A stretch of 64,000 nt of DNA from an uncultured Clostridia bacterium (GTDB lineage: Bacteria > Bacillota > Clostridia > Oscillospirales > Acutalibacteraceae), in NCBI GenBank assembly GCA_937916395.1, contig CALFTN010000068.1, positions 6,373-70,372 on the forward strand, written 5' to 3'. The notes beneath the pieces are model-generated. The model was not told the origin of the DNA. It saw only the letters and a program-made list of their open reading frames with translations, and ran no database searches. Position numbers and translations under genes: made by a program. Below, in pieces: positions 62,215 through 64,000 of the stretch (positions are counted from its first letter, which is position 1; every line of letters begins with the position of its first letter).

Positions 62215-62361
62215 AACTTGAATTCTGGTTTAGATGCAGAAGTCATTTTCTTCACCCCGACAGCGTATATAGATACGCCGAGCGGGTGAAAAAATGACTA
62301 AAAAAGTCTGAAACTAAAAAGTTTCAGACTTTTTGGTCTGCGCTAAAACAGAGTTCAAGTT
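62215..62361 (+). repeat. structured palindromic intergenic element, copy 1
   Basis: Nested complementary arms around the core CCCGACAGCGTATATAGATACGCCGAGCGGG, plus side hairpin GTCTGAAAC..GTTTCAGAC. Fills the KH-rimM intergenic gap. Confidence 0.65.
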
Positions 62362-62594
62362 TAGTCGATGTCAACTTGTATTTTTTCATCCTTGCGAACA
62401 GCAGCAGCACGCATAACTGTACGAATAGCCTTTGCAATTCTGCCCTGTTTTCCTATAACACGGCCCATATCTTCAGCCGCTACGTGAAGATGATAAACAA
62501 CGATGCCCTCTTCGTTGGGTTCGTCAACTGTGACCTCGACTGCGTCGGGAGTCTCTACAAGACCCTGTACGACTGTTACGAGCAAGTCTTTCAT
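62361..62594 (-). CDS. KH-domain RNA-binding protein (YlqC-like)
   Basis: VIGKQGRIAKAIRTV GXXG KH motif, conserved position between rpsP and rimM. Confidence 0.85.
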   Translation of the reverse strand: MKDLLVTVVQGLVETPDAVEVTVDEPNEEGIVVYHLHVAAEDMGRVIGKQGRIAKAIRTVMRAAAVRKDEKIQVDID

Positions 62595-62610
62595 TGATAT
62601 CACCTTTTAA

Positions 62611-62856
62611 TTATTTAATGATGTCTTGTTTTTTGAGAAGTGCACGAACTGTATCAGTTGGTTGAGCACCGTTTTCAATCCATTTTGTAATTTTTTCTGC
62701 ATCAAGCTTGATTTCTGCAGGCTCTGTAAGTGGGTTATAATAACCAACTTCTTCAATGAATCTACCGTCACGTGGGTAACGTGAATCTGCAACAACTACA
62801 CGATAGAAAGGTGCTTTTTTTGCGCCCATACGGCGAAGACGAATTTTTACTGACAT
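62611..62856 (-). CDS. rpsP: 30S ribosomal protein S16
   Basis: [26 protein letters not shown] signature. Confidence 0.96.
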   Translation of the reverse strand: MSVKIRLRRMGAKKAPFYRVVVADSRYPRDGRFIEEVGYYNPLTEPAEIKLDAEKITKWIENGAQPTDTVRALLKKQDIIK

Positions 62857-62926
62857 TTTAATTACCTCCGAATTAAAAATTATTAATTAATTATTATAAA
62901 GTAGCTTTCGCTCAATTATAAACCTT

Positions 62927-64000
62927 TTACATTGGGAAGTTAGGCATTCCTGGCATACCGCCCATACCTTGCATTCCGCCCATTCTTTGCATGCGCTTCA
63001 TCATTTTTTTAGACCCTGCGCCATTAAGTTGTTTATAAACTTTTTGAATCTGACGATATTGATTAAGAAGACGATTGACATCTTCAACCTTTAAGCCACA
63101 ACCAGCAGCAATTCTTCTTTTTCTTGATGGATTGATTATATCTGGATTCTCACGTTCTTTCATTGTCATTGAACGGATAATTGCCATTGTGTAATCAATT
63201 TGCTTATCATCAACATCAGTATCCTTAAGTTTTTTACCAACACCCGGAATCATTGAAAGAATTTCTTTCATTGGCCCCATTTTTTTCATATCTTCAAATT
63301 GCATAAGCATATCGTTTAAATCAAGTTTATTCTCACGCAATTTTTTCTCAAGCTGTTCTGCCTTCTTATCATTTAAAGTTTGTTCTGCCTTTTCAATGAG
63401 TGAAAGCATATCGCCCATACCTAAAATACGGCTTGCCATTCTTTCTGGATGGAAAACATCAAGGTCCTGAAGTTTTTCACCAACACCAACAAATTTAATT
63501 GGTTTACCAGTAACAGCTCTTGCTGAAAGAGCAGCACCGCCTCTTGTATCACCATCAAGCTTTGTTAAAACAAGACCATCTATTCCGAGTGCCTCATTAA
63601 ATGAAGAAGCAACTGTAACAGCGTCTTGACCAAGCATTGAGTCGATAACAAGTAATATTTCATGTGGCTTAACAGCCGATTTTACATTTTTGAGTTCTTG
63701 CATAAGCTCTTCATCAATGTGAAGACGACCAGCAGTATCAAGGAAAACATAATCGTAGCCCTGGTCTTTTGCAAGCTTAATTGCTTCTGTTGCAATATTA
63801 ACAGGATTTTCTGTACCCATTTCAAACACAGGAACACCAATCTGTTCACCAACAACCTGTAACTGCTTAATAGCCGCCGGACGATAAATATCACAAGCTA
63901 CAAGCAAAGGTCTGTGACCTTGTTCTTTAAGCCTTAATGCAATTTTTGCACTGTGAGTTGTTTTACCAGAACCCTGTAAACCACACATCATAACAACCGT
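62927..64000 (-). CDS. ffh: signal recognition particle protein Ffh (N-terminus beyond the window)
   Basis: GLQGSGKTT, DTAGR and TKLDGD G-domain motifs, with a Met-rich M-domain tail. The frame continues to the window edge. Confidence 0.95.
   Translation of the reverse strand, partial: TVVMMCGLQGSGKTTHSAKIALRLKEQGHRPLLVACDIYRPAAIKQLQVVGEQIGVPVFEMGTENPVNIATEAIKLAKDQGYDYVFLDTAGRLHIDEELMQELKNVKSAVKPHEILLVIDSMLGQDAVTVASSFNEALGIDGLVLTKLDGDTRGGAALSARAVTGKPIKFVGVGEKLQDLDVFHPERMASRILGMGDMLSLIEKAEQTLNDKKAEQLEKKLRENKLDLNDMLMQFEDMKKMGPMKEILSMIPGVGKKLKDTDVDDKQIDYTMAIIRSMTMKERENPDIINPSRKRRIAAGCGLKVEDVNRLLNQYRQIQKVYKQLNGAGSKKMMKRMQRMGGMQGMGGMPGMPNFPM

Overview
This is a 64-kb chromosomal segment of a low-GC Firmicute. 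The gene order is Clostridia-like: ffh-rpsP-KH-rimM-trmD, dprA-topA-trmFO-rnc-radical SAM-smc-ftsY, and infC-rpmI-rplT. I call about 66 CDS. I saw no rRNA, tRNA, CRISPR array, transposase or integrase.

Layout:
- Left third (0-21.6 kb): carbohydrate and glycan genes. These include a CDP-3,6-dideoxyhexose pathway (rfbF/rfbG/rfbH) convergent with a YerE-like ThDP enzyme, a sugar C-methyltransferase, two reductases and GT2 transferases. Together they look like a branched-chain-sugar glycan locus.
- Housekeeping blocks: 32-49 kb and 60-64 kb.
- Four AT-rich accessory patches interrupt the core:
  1. 21.7-23.8 kb: three orphan small ORFs bracketed by a perfect 52-nt direct repeat, with a GAACCGTCCCCTG repeat family throughout.
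  2. 26.2-31.6 kb: a MacB-type ABC fusion plus an internally duplicated ~860-aa tail-anchored exoprotein.
  3. 49.8-52.4 kb: a membrane-tethered XRE regulator plus three tandem mosaic paralogs.
  4. 54.1-60.3 kb: a small hydrophobic-peptide cassette, a Phd/ParE toxin-antitoxin pair, an HTH protein, a NERD-domain protein and a small-gene cluster with a frameshift.

The signal I consider most novel is a three-copy, rod-like structured intergenic element at 17.1-17.3, 60.2-60.3 and 62.2-62.4 kb. Its arms differ in sequence but stay complementary around a conserved core.

Limits: all family calls come from motif recognition by eye, not database searches. Hand-called non-CDS coordinates are accurate to about +/-2 nt.
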